From Candidatus Omnitrophota bacterium (GTDB lineage Bacteria; Omnitrophota; Gorgyraeia; Zapsychrales; Zapsychraceae), in NCBI GenBank assembly GCA_003528115.1, contig DOGZ01000006.1, positions 64,076 through 128,075 of the forward strand: a stretch of 64,000 nucleotides of DNA, in the 5' to 3' direction. A program made the position numbers and the translations under genes. The first letter of the stretch is position 1. Each line of letters starts with the position of its first letter. The notes under the pieces were generated by a model that had not been told where the DNA came from, did no database searches, and worked only from the letters and a program-made list of their open reading frames with translations. Shown piece after piece: positions 56,252 to 64,000 of the stretch.

Positions 56252-56872
56252 TTATCCTTTATCAAAAATGTTGGTCAAAGCGGCATTTTCTTCGCCCACT
56301 TTATCCAAATCGGATTTGATAAGTTGAAAAGCGTCCAGTAGTTTACGTACCCCTTCTGTCAGCGAACGCGAAGAAATCGTGGCACCCGTCACGCCGTCAA
56401 TATCCTTGCGCACCTGTAAGGGATCCTGCGCTGTTTTCCCCAGATACTGACGCAGAAAACGCCGTTTCGCAATGGGCTTCCCCCTGATTTCTTTATAGTC
56501 CAAAATAACCACTTCGACAACATTCCCCTCGAGGGTGAGGGCAACCAGATAGTGGATACCCCCCCACTTCCCTTTCACTGTATCTTCCAGGGCATAACCG
56601 CCAACCTGCGCCCCCTCTTTGACCGAATACGCGATGACTTTCACAGAATGTCCCTCGCTAAAAATCACGCCGGCGGTTTCTTCAATGCGCCGTATTTGCT
56701 CTTCGGACAAAGCAACAATCTTTTTGTCAAAAGCCAAAGCCTTAGGAAAAACCTGCCTTAACGCTTGATCGGTCGCGATCAATTCTTCAGCGATGGAAAA
56801 GCGGCAAAAAAAGAAAAGGCTGCAGATCACCCAAACGAAGATACACAGAGTGTTTAAGTGGACTCTTTTCAT
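56252..56872 (-). CDS. secreted FMN-binding (FMN_bind) domain protein
   Basis: Signal/TM at the N-terminus. C-terminal DGVTGATISSRSLTEGV matches the FMN_bind motif (covalent FMN on Thr, as in NqrC/RnfG/PplA). Confidence 0.6.
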   Translation of the reverse strand: MKRVHLNTLCIFVWVICSLFFFCRFSIAEELIATDQALRQVFPKALAFDKKIVALSEEQIRRIEETAGVIFSEGHSVKVIAYSVKEGAQVGGYALEDTVKGKWGGIHYLVALTLEGNVVEVVILDYKEIRGKPIAKRRFLRQYLGKTAQDPLQVRKDIDGVTGATISSRSLTEGVRKLLDAFQLIKSDLDKVGEENAALTNIFDKG

Positions 56873-56884
56873 GATTCGATGTGA

Positions 56885-58246
56885 TTAAAATCCCATGGCG
56901 ACAGAGGTGATAAATCCATCATTGTTTCCTGCTTCCAGGACTTCACTCTTTGTGCGGTTCCACTGATATTCAAATTTAAAGACAACATTATCGATGGGTC
57001 GATAGTTGAGGCCTAATGTCCATCTATCCTCACGATTGTTCGTATTACCGGCGTCCGAATCATCGCTGATGAGCGCCCAATCATATCGCGTGACGGCGGT
57101 CAAGGTCGGATCTTTGAAGTTGCTCCCCAGAAATGTGTTATTCAAAAACTCCGGCCAAAAATGATAATTGAACTGGGTGTAGGCCCCTTGGAAGAAATTG
57201 GCCAAATCGCTGGAAAGCGTTGGGCTTTCCTCGACTCCAAAATACGCATATTCACCGACAAATTCCAATGGACCCCAGTTCGATAACCAATCCATTCCTA
57301 TTCCTGAAATACTATCATCCGTCTTATTGTAGTCGCCCCAATAACCACTAAAAGCCACCTCATGGCCCGATATCGGCTCTACACTAACACGACCAACTAT
57401 GGACTTGCCTTCGTTATTGTCGATTTTAAGGCTATTCTTCGCCCCACCCATACCTGTGTCAGAAAATCCGGTATCTAAACCATTGACAACATAAACTTCA
57501 TATTTCAACAATAAATCTTCATAACTTCCGATAGAGGGATTCATATCACCGAAAAATCCATAACCGGCTTCTGTCCAGGTTGTCGGAATAATATCTCTAG
57601 CCAAGATGGGTCTATCGGATAAATCCTGCAAATCAGAATCATGATAAAGATTATAACGCCCGAAGGGAACCAAAAGCGCGCCTGCCCGAAGATTAACCAT
57701 TTCGTTAATGAGGTAATCTCCGTAGGCCTGTTCAACCTTGATTTCGCCGTCACTGCTGGGCGTATTCGGTCCGCCGTATTCAATTTCCAATTCCGAATTA
57801 AATCTCAATTTGTCATGCATGGCCGCGCCGATATTGATAATCCATCGATGCTGCTGAAATGTTGAATCGGTTTTCGCTAAATCGCGATACTCCGTGTCAA
57901 AATAACCGCCCAGGGTTACATCCCCAAAACCAAAAGGGTTTCGGACAAGAAGGCCGCCGCTTCCCACGGGCCCCTGGCGCCGTCCGACATATTCAACATT
58001 CAGGGTTTCCGCCTTGACTTCCTCTTTAATCTGGTCCCTGATTTCGTCCACTTTATCACTGACCTTCAGCTCCTGATTGGCCTCCAACTGGTCAACCTTC
58101 GCTTGTAAGGCCTGGATTTTCGATTCGTAGTCATCCTTTAACTGCAGAATCATGGTTTTTAACTCTTCGATTGAGTCGGCGTAAACAGGCAGGCTCACCC
58201 ATGCCAAGATCATCATGGCCACTACTGTAATCCTCAACACTCTCAT
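56885..58246 (-). CDS. outer-membrane porin with N-terminal coiled-coil (OprO/P-like architecture)
   Basis: Signal peptide, about 60-aa coiled-coil (LKTMILQLKDDYESKIQALQAKVDQLEANQELK), beta-barrel, ends ...SVAMGF. Confidence 0.5.
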   Translation of the reverse strand: MRVLRITVVAMMILAWVSLPVYADSIEELKTMILQLKDDYESKIQALQAKVDQLEANQELKVSDKVDEIRDQIKEEVKAETLNVEYVGRRQGPVGSGGLLVRNPFGFGDVTLGGYFDTEYRDLAKTDSTFQQHRWIINIGAAMHDKLRFNSELEIEYGGPNTPSSDGEIKVEQAYGDYLINEMVNLRAGALLVPFGRYNLYHDSDLQDLSDRPILARDIIPTTWTEAGYGFFGDMNPSIGSYEDLLLKYEVYVVNGLDTGFSDTGMGGAKNSLKIDNNEGKSIVGRVSVEPISGHEVAFSGYWGDYNKTDDSISGIGMDWLSNWGPLEFVGEYAYFGVEESPTLSSDLANFFQGAYTQFNYHFWPEFLNNTFLGSNFKDPTLTAVTRYDWALISDDSDAGNTNNREDRWTLGLNYRPIDNVVFKFEYQWNRTKSEVLEAGNNDGFITSVAMGF

Positions 58247-58379
58247 CTCATCCTCCTTTTTTTCGATGGTTGTTAATCCTTAACTTCTAATTAGAAGTTC
58301 GGGGTCAACGAAGGTTATTAATACTTGACTCGACATTTGTACTACGCTAATATAACTTTTAAAAAAATGAATCATACCG

Positions 58380-58940
58380 ATGGAACTTACGCTACCGAAT
58401 TTATTTCACAACTTTCTTAACCTCCTCTCGATAGGATCAAGTGACCACGCGAGCCTTCATGTGCTTGTTGTTCATTTCCCGATTGCCTTATTTTTTACGG
58501 CGCCCTTATTCATTGTCCTGGGATTAACCTTTGAACGGCTGTCCAAAGCCTTTTACGCGGCTTCCCTCCTGCTCATGGGACTGGGGATGCTCACCTTATT
58601 TCTGTCCATCTCGACGGGCGAGGCGGCCAGCGAAACGTTAAATCTTCTTCCTGATGCCCTTGAGACGCTTGAGGCCCATGATCGCCTCAACTTACAATGC
58701 CGCTTCGTGTTTAGCATCCTCACAGGGATCTGGGCTGTTTATGTTTTGTCCTTTTCCCGGCTGAACAAAGTATTTTCCAGAAAAATTCATATCGTCATTC
58801 TACTTTCTTTCCTGCTCATTTATTCGTATGGCCTCCTCATCCTCTTGAGTGCTGCCCATCAGGGCGGCAAACTTGTCCATCATCACGGGATTAAATCAAA
58901 ACTTTTCGACCGACCCGCACTGAGCGTCACCCCTCAGTAG
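58380..58940 (+). CDS. hypothetical polytopic membrane protein
   Basis: 186 aa, 4-5 TM helices. The only plus-strand gene in the 49-64 kb region. Confidence 0.4.
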   Translation: MELTLPNLFHNFLNLLSIGSSDHASLHVLVVHFPIALFFTAPLFIVLGLTFERLSKAFYAASLLLMGLGMLTLFLSISTGEAASETLNLLPDALETLEAHDRLNLQCRFVFSILTGIWAVYVLSFSRLNKVFSRKIHIVILLSFLLIYSYGLLILLSAAHQGGKLVHHHGIKSKLFDRPALSVTPQ

Positions 58941-59003
58941 TACTGTGTCAACTTAATTGTTAATATGTGGAACACAGTACAACACTGCGCCTTTTCTGAA
59001 AAT
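58941..59003. repeat. conserved hairpin motif, family B copy 2 (immediately after the 58380..58940 stop, downstream of feoB)
   Basis: TACTGTGTCAACTTAAT-(15 nt)-CACAGTACAAC-(8 nt)-CTTTTCTGAAAAT. Confidence 0.5.
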
Positions 59004-59108
59004 GTCCGCAATTAATTTGACGGCGCACTAGAGGGAGCGTTTGTCCGGCCATGCTACGAAAACCGCGTTAACAAAAAGCAGGTTCTAACCTTCCCGCCGC
59101 GGGCAGGC

Positions 59109-59270
59109 TTAAATCTTCCTTGGCTCATGGGAAGGATCACATTTTTTACACGCCGATTGATGTGAATGACAATTCTGACACAGCTCGCCAACTTTGATAG
59201 TCCGCCTGATATAGCTAATAATAAATGTCATCGATAGGGTGAACATTATGACTAAAATAATAATTTCCAT
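59109..59270 (-). CDS. unannotated FeoB-associated Cys-rich small membrane protein (53 aa)
   Basis: Reverse-complement gives MEIIILVIMFTLSMTFIISYIRRTIKVGELCQNCHSHQSACKKCDPSHEPRKI. AAGGGAG lies 8 nt upstream and the ORF starts 15 nt after the feoB stop. TM plus CxxCHxH...CxxC matches the FeoB-associated Cys-rich family architecture. Confidence 0.45.
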   Translation of the reverse strand: MEIIILVIMFTLSMTFIISYIRRTIKVGELCQNCHSHQSACKKCDPSHEPRKI

Positions 59271-59284
59271 CTTGCGACTCCCTT

Positions 59285-61516
59285 TTAACCTTTAAAACCT
59301 AAAATCAATCCTCCCTGGTAGACGATGAACGCCACTATCCAAGCCAGACTGATGCCATAGACAACCGCAAACAGTGTCCATCGAGCTGAACCAAGTTCGC
59401 GGTACATGATTCCCATTGTTCCCAGGCATGGGATGTAAATAAGGGTAAAAAACATAAACGCTAAGGAGGTGAGAGGCGTCATATTTCGTTTGACAGCTTC
59501 TCTTAATCCATCACTCTTTTCATTCTCTTCTACGCCGGTTTGGTAAAGGACGCCAAATGTAGAGACGACAATCTCTTTCGCCGCTATGCCTGTTATCAAC
59601 GCGATCCCGGCTTTCCAATCAAAACCCAAAGGTCTTAAAACAGGTTCTATAAATTTACCGATCCGGCCAGCATAACTTTTGGATATTCGTTCGTTTTCTT
59701 GCTGAGCTTGAATTGTGTCAATCTGGGATGTTTTCTCAGCAGTAATAATTTCTATTTCCTCCGGGTTGTTTAGCGTGGCCATACGGCTGTCATATTGGGT
59801 TTCTATAGAGGCGACGCGCTCGCTATAATTTTTTGAATACTCAACGTTTCGAGGAAATGCCGAAATAAACCATATGACGATAGAAGCCGCGAGGATAATC
59901 CCTCCTATTTTTTCTAGAAAAATGGACCCTTTTTCCCACATGTGAATGAGGACACTTTTAAGCAAAGGAAGCCTATACGGCGGGAGTTCCATAACAAACG
60001 GCGAGGCCTCACCTTTAAAGATAGTTTTTCGAAAAAGTTGACCAACGAGAATGGCAAGAACAATTCCCGTGACATAAATCCCGAATATGACATTCCCCGC
60101 CTTTTCTTCAAAGAAAGCCCCGGCTAAAAGAACATAAACGGGAAGCCTCGCGCTGCAACTGATCAATGGATTGATCAAAATCGTTATCATCCTGTCTGTT
60201 TTGTTTTCTAAAGTTCTTGTCGCCATGATCGCGGGGGCGTTGCACCCGAAACCCATAATCATCGGAATAAAAGATTTTCCGTGAAGTCCGATGGTATGCA
60301 TGACCCTGTCCATAATAAAAGCGGCCCTGGCCATATAACCCGTATCTTCAAAAAGGGAAATAAAAAAGAAAAGGATTAGGATATTCGGTAAATAGACCAA
60401 AACGCCTCCTACTCCTGAAATAACGCCATCGACAACAAGATCCCTAACAAGGCCCTCTGGGATGATATTGGTAAAAAAACTGCTGATCATTCCCACGAGA
60501 CCATCAATCCATTCCATGGGATAAGAGCCTACGGTGAATGTCGCTTGAAACATCACCCAAAGTAAACCAAAAAGGATCGGGACGCCTAGAAAGCGGTTCG
60601 TCATGACTTTGTCGATCCTATCCGATATCGTTCGTCGATCAGCATTTCGATGACGATAGACTTCTTGCAGAAGTCCTTTAATAAATCCGTAACGGTTGTC
60701 GGCCATGATGATTTCGGTTTCATCGTTCAACCGGATCTCAATGTGAGTTTGACTTTTTTCAACCTGTTTCAAAATGGCGTCTTGATTTGGAAAGGTGCTG
60801 CGAATTTCCTTAACGATTTCATCATCGCGTTCAAGGAGTTTTACGGAAAGCCATCTGGTTGAGAATCCGTCAAGTAATCCCCTGTCTTTGTTGATCTCTG
60901 TTTGAATCTTTTGGAGCTCTTCTTCTACCTCATGGCCGTAGTTAATCTGTTGGTCTCGCACCAAAGGCTCTTTTTTCTCATAGATGGCAACAACCTCTCC
61001 CAGTAATTCTCTAATCCCATGACCCCTGTTACCAACCGTAGGAATGATCGGCATCCCTAAAAGCTGACCGAGTTTTTTCTTATCAATGCTGATCCCTTTG
61101 TGTTCGGCTTCGTCATGCATATTAAGAGCGATGACCGTTTTGGCCCCAAGCTCAATTAATTGTGTTGTTAAGTAGAGATTTCGTTCCAGGTTGGTTGAGT
61201 CAATAATATTGACGATCACATCCGGCTTTTCCTTAATAATAAAATCCCGGGCAACAACCTCTTCGATAGAATACGCTGTCAAACTATATGTCCCCGGGAG
61301 ATCAACAACCCTTATCTCATACTCCCCAAAATTGACCTTCCCTTCTTTCTGTTCAACCGTTACCCCCGCCCAATTCCCGACATGCTGACGGCTTCCGGTC
61401 AACGCGTTGAAAATACACGTTTTCCCCGAATTAGGATTTCCACAAAGACCGATTTTGATTATCTTTCTTTTCTGTTCCACATTAGACTTCTTTTCAGAGG
61501 TGGTCTCAGTTAACAT
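59285..61516 (-). CDS. feoB: ferrous iron transporter FeoB
   Basis: N-terminal G-domain (GNPNSGKT, DLPGTYS, NMHD) plus polytopic C-terminal domain with gate motifs. 743 aa. Confidence 0.85.
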   Translation of the reverse strand: MLTETTSEKKSNVEQKRKIIKIGLCGNPNSGKTCIFNALTGSRQHVGNWAGVTVEQKEGKVNFGEYEIRVVDLPGTYSLTAYSIEEVVARDFIIKEKPDVIVNIIDSTNLERNLYLTTQLIELGAKTVIALNMHDEAEHKGISIDKKKLGQLLGMPIIPTVGNRGHGIRELLGEVVAIYEKKEPLVRDQQINYGHEVEEELQKIQTEINKDRGLLDGFSTRWLSVKLLERDDEIVKEIRSTFPNQDAILKQVEKSQTHIEIRLNDETEIIMADNRYGFIKGLLQEVYRHRNADRRTISDRIDKVMTNRFLGVPILFGLLWVMFQATFTVGSYPMEWIDGLVGMISSFFTNIIPEGLVRDLVVDGVISGVGGVLVYLPNILILFFFISLFEDTGYMARAAFIMDRVMHTIGLHGKSFIPMIMGFGCNAPAIMATRTLENKTDRMITILINPLISCSARLPVYVLLAGAFFEEKAGNVIFGIYVTGIVLAILVGQLFRKTIFKGEASPFVMELPPYRLPLLKSVLIHMWEKGSIFLEKIGGIILAASIVIWFISAFPRNVEYSKNYSERVASIETQYDSRMATLNNPEEIEIITAEKTSQIDTIQAQQENERISKSYAGRIGKFIEPVLRPLGFDWKAGIALITGIAAKEIVVSTFGVLYQTGVEENEKSDGLREAVKRNMTPLTSLAFMFFTLIYIPCLGTMGIMYRELGSARWTLFAVVYGISLAWIVAFIVYQGGLILGFKG

Positions 61517-61749
61517 TGCCTTCCTCCTTCAATCATATCAATATGAATGTGAAGAGCCATCGTTCTGTCTAACGCCATTCTTGTGTTTTCTAATTTGATA
61601 ATAAGGTTATTGCCGAAGGTTTGCTGAAGGATCTCAACAGAATTTCCCAATAAAAATCCTAGCTCTGTTAGATACTGTCTCAAGTTTGAATGCCCGGTTA
61701 ATTTCACGATCTTCGCTTTCTCACCGATACCTAATAAGGTTAGCGGCAT
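61510..61749 (-). CDS. feoA: FeoA family protein
   Basis: 79 aa SH3-like FeoA (PLTLLGIGEKAKIVKL...LGFLLGNSVEI). Confidence 0.7.
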   Translation of the reverse strand: MPLTLLGIGEKAKIVKLTGHSNLRQYLTELGFLLGNSVEILQQTFGNNLIIKLENTRMALDRTMALHIHIDMIEGGRQC

Positions 61750-61764
61750 ACCGTGTCCCCCCTC

Positions 61765-61998
61765 TTATAATTTTTCAATAAACACATGTTTTGCTTCATC
61801 GCGTCTTAAAGACAAATGGTACCCTTTAAGAACTAATTCCATGGGATCACCCAAAGGCGCCACTTTCTCGACATAAATCTCAGTTCCTTTCACAAATCCC
61901 ATCTCGAGCAATCTCTTTTTGATTGCCCTGTCCCCAGCAATCTTTAGCACCTTACAATCTCCTTTTACAGCGAGCTCGCTTAAAATCGATTGTTCCAT
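61765..61998 (-). CDS. feoA: FeoA family protein (second copy)
   Basis: 77 aa (ELAVKGDCKVLKIAGDRAIKKRLLEMGFVKGTEIYV). Confidence 0.7.
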   Translation of the reverse strand: MEQSILSELAVKGDCKVLKIAGDRAIKKRLLEMGFVKGTEIYVEKVAPLGDPMELVLKGYHLSLRRDEAKHVFIEKL

Positions 61999-62136
61999 AG
62001 AAAATATCCTTTCCCGACATTGTTATGCCGATGACGCTTCGCGGTTTTTGTTCTCCATCCGATTCGCCACCGGCCCTCTCATGTTTCTTGCTTCTATTAT
62101 ATATGCACACATATTCATATATACAACTAAAAAAAA

Positions 62137-62544
62137 TCAGGCCTGCGTCACATGCCTTAATCCTTCCTCAAACAAACTATTAATATGCCCGTCATCTAGG
62201 GTGTAGTAAGCGACTTTTCCGTCTTTGCGGCATTTTACTAAACTCATATTTCTGAGCACTCTCAACTGATGAGAGATTGCGGACTGACTGATGCCTAAAA
62301 GTGAGGCGATATCGCACACACATAATTCCTCTTCTAAGAGAGCAAATATGATTTTCGTCCTTGTGAGATCCCCCAGCACCTTGAAAGTCTGAGCGACCTT
62401 AGTCATAACCACATCCGTCTTCATCTGCTTTTTGACAGCCGCGACTCTTCCTTTGTTTATACATAAAACTCCAAAGGAAATATTTTTTCTTTTGGATCTT
62501 TTGATCATTTGCCCTCTTTTATATATGCATATATGCTCATGCAA
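62137..62544 (-). CDS. ArsR/SmtB-family metalloregulator with ELCVCD motif (true start possibly ATG at 62424)
   Basis: LGDLTRTKIIFALLEEELCVCDIASLLGISQSAISHQLRVL is an ArsR wHTH with a CVC metal-site motif. First gene of the minus-strand feoAAB string. Confidence 0.65.
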   Translation of the reverse strand: MHEHICIYKRGQMIKRSKRKNISFGVLCINKGRVAAVKKQMKTDVVMTKVAQTFKVLGDLTRTKIIFALLEEELCVCDIASLLGISQSAISHQLRVLRNMSLVKCRKDGKVAYYTLDDGHINSLFEEGLRHVTQA

Positions 62545-62593
62545 GAATATAGCCGACCTTTTATTTTTGTCAAGTTTTTAAATTATTTTTTCT

Positions 62594-63166
62594 TTACGCT
62601 TTCTTCCACTTATTAACAATCGCGCCGATTCTTTCCTGCACTTTGTTTTTCGCCTCGGCATCATTGAGGATTTGATCGACCAACGCCTGATGCTCTTCGG
62701 CCATGCGCAGGATATCGAGTTGCATTTCTTTATTTTTTTTCTCGAGCCGAAACTGCTCAACGGCATGCTTTAAAGGAAAAATAACCTTATCCTTATCGTC
62801 AATGGGTTTAAGGATGTAGTCAAAAGCGCCTTCGCGTACGGCTTCCTGACAGGATTCCAGCGTTCCGTATCCCGTCAGAAAAATGACAGGAATTTTTCTC
62901 TGCGTTTCGTTAAGATACCTCAGCAATTCGATGCCCGGTTTTTTAGGCATTTTTAAATCACTGATAATCGCTTCGACATCGGTTTCGTTTTCCAGGACTT
63001 TTACGGCGTTATCGACCGAATCCGCCAGAGAGACATTAAATCCACACTCGGTTAATAATTCACCCAGCGATTCCCGTATGGCCTCTTCGTCATCGACCAG
63101 CAAAACCCGCCTTTTTAATATATCCTTTGCCATGATTCCTCCTCCAAGTTTTACAAAAGTTTCCAT
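62594..63166 (-). CDS. response regulator, receiver domain plus coiled-coil tail, no DNA-binding domain (likely start MAKDIL at 63133)
   Basis: LLVDDEEAIRESL...ISDLKMPKKPGIELL...LTGYG...KP is a CheY-like receiver with phospho-Asp context. Confidence 0.7.
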   Translation of the reverse strand: METFVKLGGGIMAKDILKRRVLLVDDEEAIRESLGELLTECGFNVSLADSVDNAVKVLENETDVEAIISDLKMPKKPGIELLRYLNETQRKIPVIFLTGYGTLESCQEAVREGAFDYILKPIDDKDKVIFPLKHAVEQFRLEKKNKEMQLDILRMAEEHQALVDQILNDAEAKNKVQERIGAIVNKWKKA

Positions 63167-64000
63167 TCGCCTTTCAGGGATTCAGCGAGTTCTCCATCCG
63201 TGGATAAAATTTTATCCTTTCCGATAGGGAGCACAAAATAAAAAATCTTCCTCGCGTTGTTCAACGGCGTAAAACCGATCAAGCCGTTATGATTTTTAAT
63301 AATGTTATAACAAACGGAAAGGCCTAGACCCGTCCCTTTCCCGGGTTCTTTCGTCGTAAAAAAGGGGTCGAAAATATTTTCCTCCGTGCCGGTTTTCACA
63401 ACGATGCCGTTGTCGATAATCCCGGTAAGGATGCCTTTGCCGTCTTTTAATTTTTTGGAAACGATGTCGATGGTGCCCCCTTCTTTTTGATTAAAGTGTT
63501 CGTCCACGGCATCGCGGGCATTGACTAAAAAGTTAATAACCACATCCTGAATCTGATACCGGTCGATGGGAATGGCGGGAAGCTCTTTTTCAAGATTCAT
63601 CGTTACCGCAATATTATGATCTTTAAGTTGTTGCCCTAAAAGGAAAACCCCATCGGTAATAGGACGATTGACATCTCCTTCAATAAACCCTTCTTTGCGG
63701 CTGCCGGAATAATCGTGGATCCGTTTAACAATCGTGCCCAGCCGGACAAATTGGTCTTTAATCTTGATGATTTTTTCTTTAAGCGCGGGATGACTGATGA
63801 TGTCTTTGTTCATCAAAAGAGATTCCATGTGTGTTGAGATCGCCATTAAGGGTTGGTTCATTTCATGCGCGACCCCAGCGCCCAATTCACCGACCGCGGT
63901 CAATTTTGCTGCCTGCAAAAGCTGAGCCTGCTGGGTTTTCACCTGTTGACGAAGTTTTTGGTTCTCCAGCGCTCTTTTGATGTTCAGACTTAGCTCGTCA
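63151..64000 (-). CDS. sensor histidine kinase (HisKA plus HATPase_c). N-terminal part continues beyond window end.
   Basis: H-box GVAHEMNQPL, N-box FLVNARDAV, G-boxes GTGLGLSVC. The frame stays open upstream of the GTG at 63942 to the window edge. Confidence 0.7.
   Translation of the reverse strand, partial: DELSLNIKRALENQKLRQQVKTQQAQLLQAAKLTAVGELGAGVAHEMNQPLMAISTHMESLLMNKDIISHPALKEKIIKIKDQFVRLGTIVKRIHDYSGSRKEGFIEGDVNRPITDGVFLLGQQLKDHNIAVTMNLEKELPAIPIDRYQIQDVVINFLVNARDAVDEHFNQKEGGTIDIVSKKLKDGKGILTGIIDNGIVVKTGTEENIFDPFFTTKEPGKGTGLGLSVCYNIIKNHNGLIGFTPLNNARKIFYFVLPIGKDKILSTDGELAESLKGEWKLL

Noticed and set aside
1-64000. CRISPR arrays, rRNA/tRNA genes, integrases or transposases
   Set aside because: No regularly spaced direct repeats, no rRNA-like conserved blocks, no tRNA cloverleaf candidates and no recognisable integrase/transposase motifs were seen on either strand.

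Overview
This 64 kb window looks like a metagenome-style contig from an uncultivated bacterium. The gene content suggests a magnetotactic lineage of the Nitrospirota/Omnitrophota/Desulfobacterota type, but that is inference only. Genes are densely packed, mostly on the minus strand, and often overlap by 1-20 nt, which indicates long operons. In coordinate order the window contains the following. (1) 1-7 kb: an alpha-glucan/glycogen island with two GH57 enzymes (one a branching enzyme carrying a Lys/Arg-rich tail), a DUF4912-like protein, a GT4 glycogen-synthase-like transferase and a stand-alone CBM48 starch-binding domain. (2) 7.3-9.1 kb: a PAS-PAS-GAF-GGDEF protein whose active-site motif is degenerate (AGDKF). 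(3) 9.1-15.9 kb: a single ~2264-aa secreted giant protein in which triose-phosphate-isomerase-like, class II fructose-bisphosphate-aldolase-like and enolase-like domains are fused in one reading frame. The enolase motifs are near-canonical. This is the most unusual single gene in the window. (4) 16-25 kb: TerC, a GIY-YIG protein, tetR-modA-TOBE-modB-modC, and a divergently transcribed Rrf2-sulfate ABC operon (sbp-cysT-cysW-cysA). (5) 25.5-27.9 kb: a K+-independent-type H+-pyrophosphatase. (6) About 28-48.6 kb: an all-minus-strand magnetosome-like gene cluster. It encodes MamB-like and MamM-like CDF transporters, a MamA-like TPR protein, a MamQ-like LemA protein, a MamE/MamO-like trypsin protease, a MamP/MamE-Cter-like PDZ protein with two CXXCH (magnetochrome-like) motifs, a stand-alone TauE (MamO-Cter-like) protein, a PDZ-NhaD/ArsB permease fusion (MamN-like), small MamI/MamL-like membrane proteins, and a mosaic NifX-like/Zn-ribbon/magnetochrome protein. 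HEAT-repeat, FecR-like and PDZ accessory genes accompany it. (7) 48.9-64 kb: an ion-channel protein, a STAS/anti-sigma-kinase/CHASE2-PP2C partner-switching module, a Zn/Cd-type P1B-ATPase, two outer-membrane beta-barrel proteins flanking a secreted FMN-binding protein, feoA-feoA-feoB with an unannotated FeoB-associated Cys-rich mini-ORF, an ArsR-type regulator, a response regulator and a histidine kinase truncated at the window edge. Two families of short structured repeats and one set of direct-repeat candidate operators were also seen. No rRNA, tRNA or CRISPR array was found. All homology calls rest on motif recognition by eye. No database searches were run.
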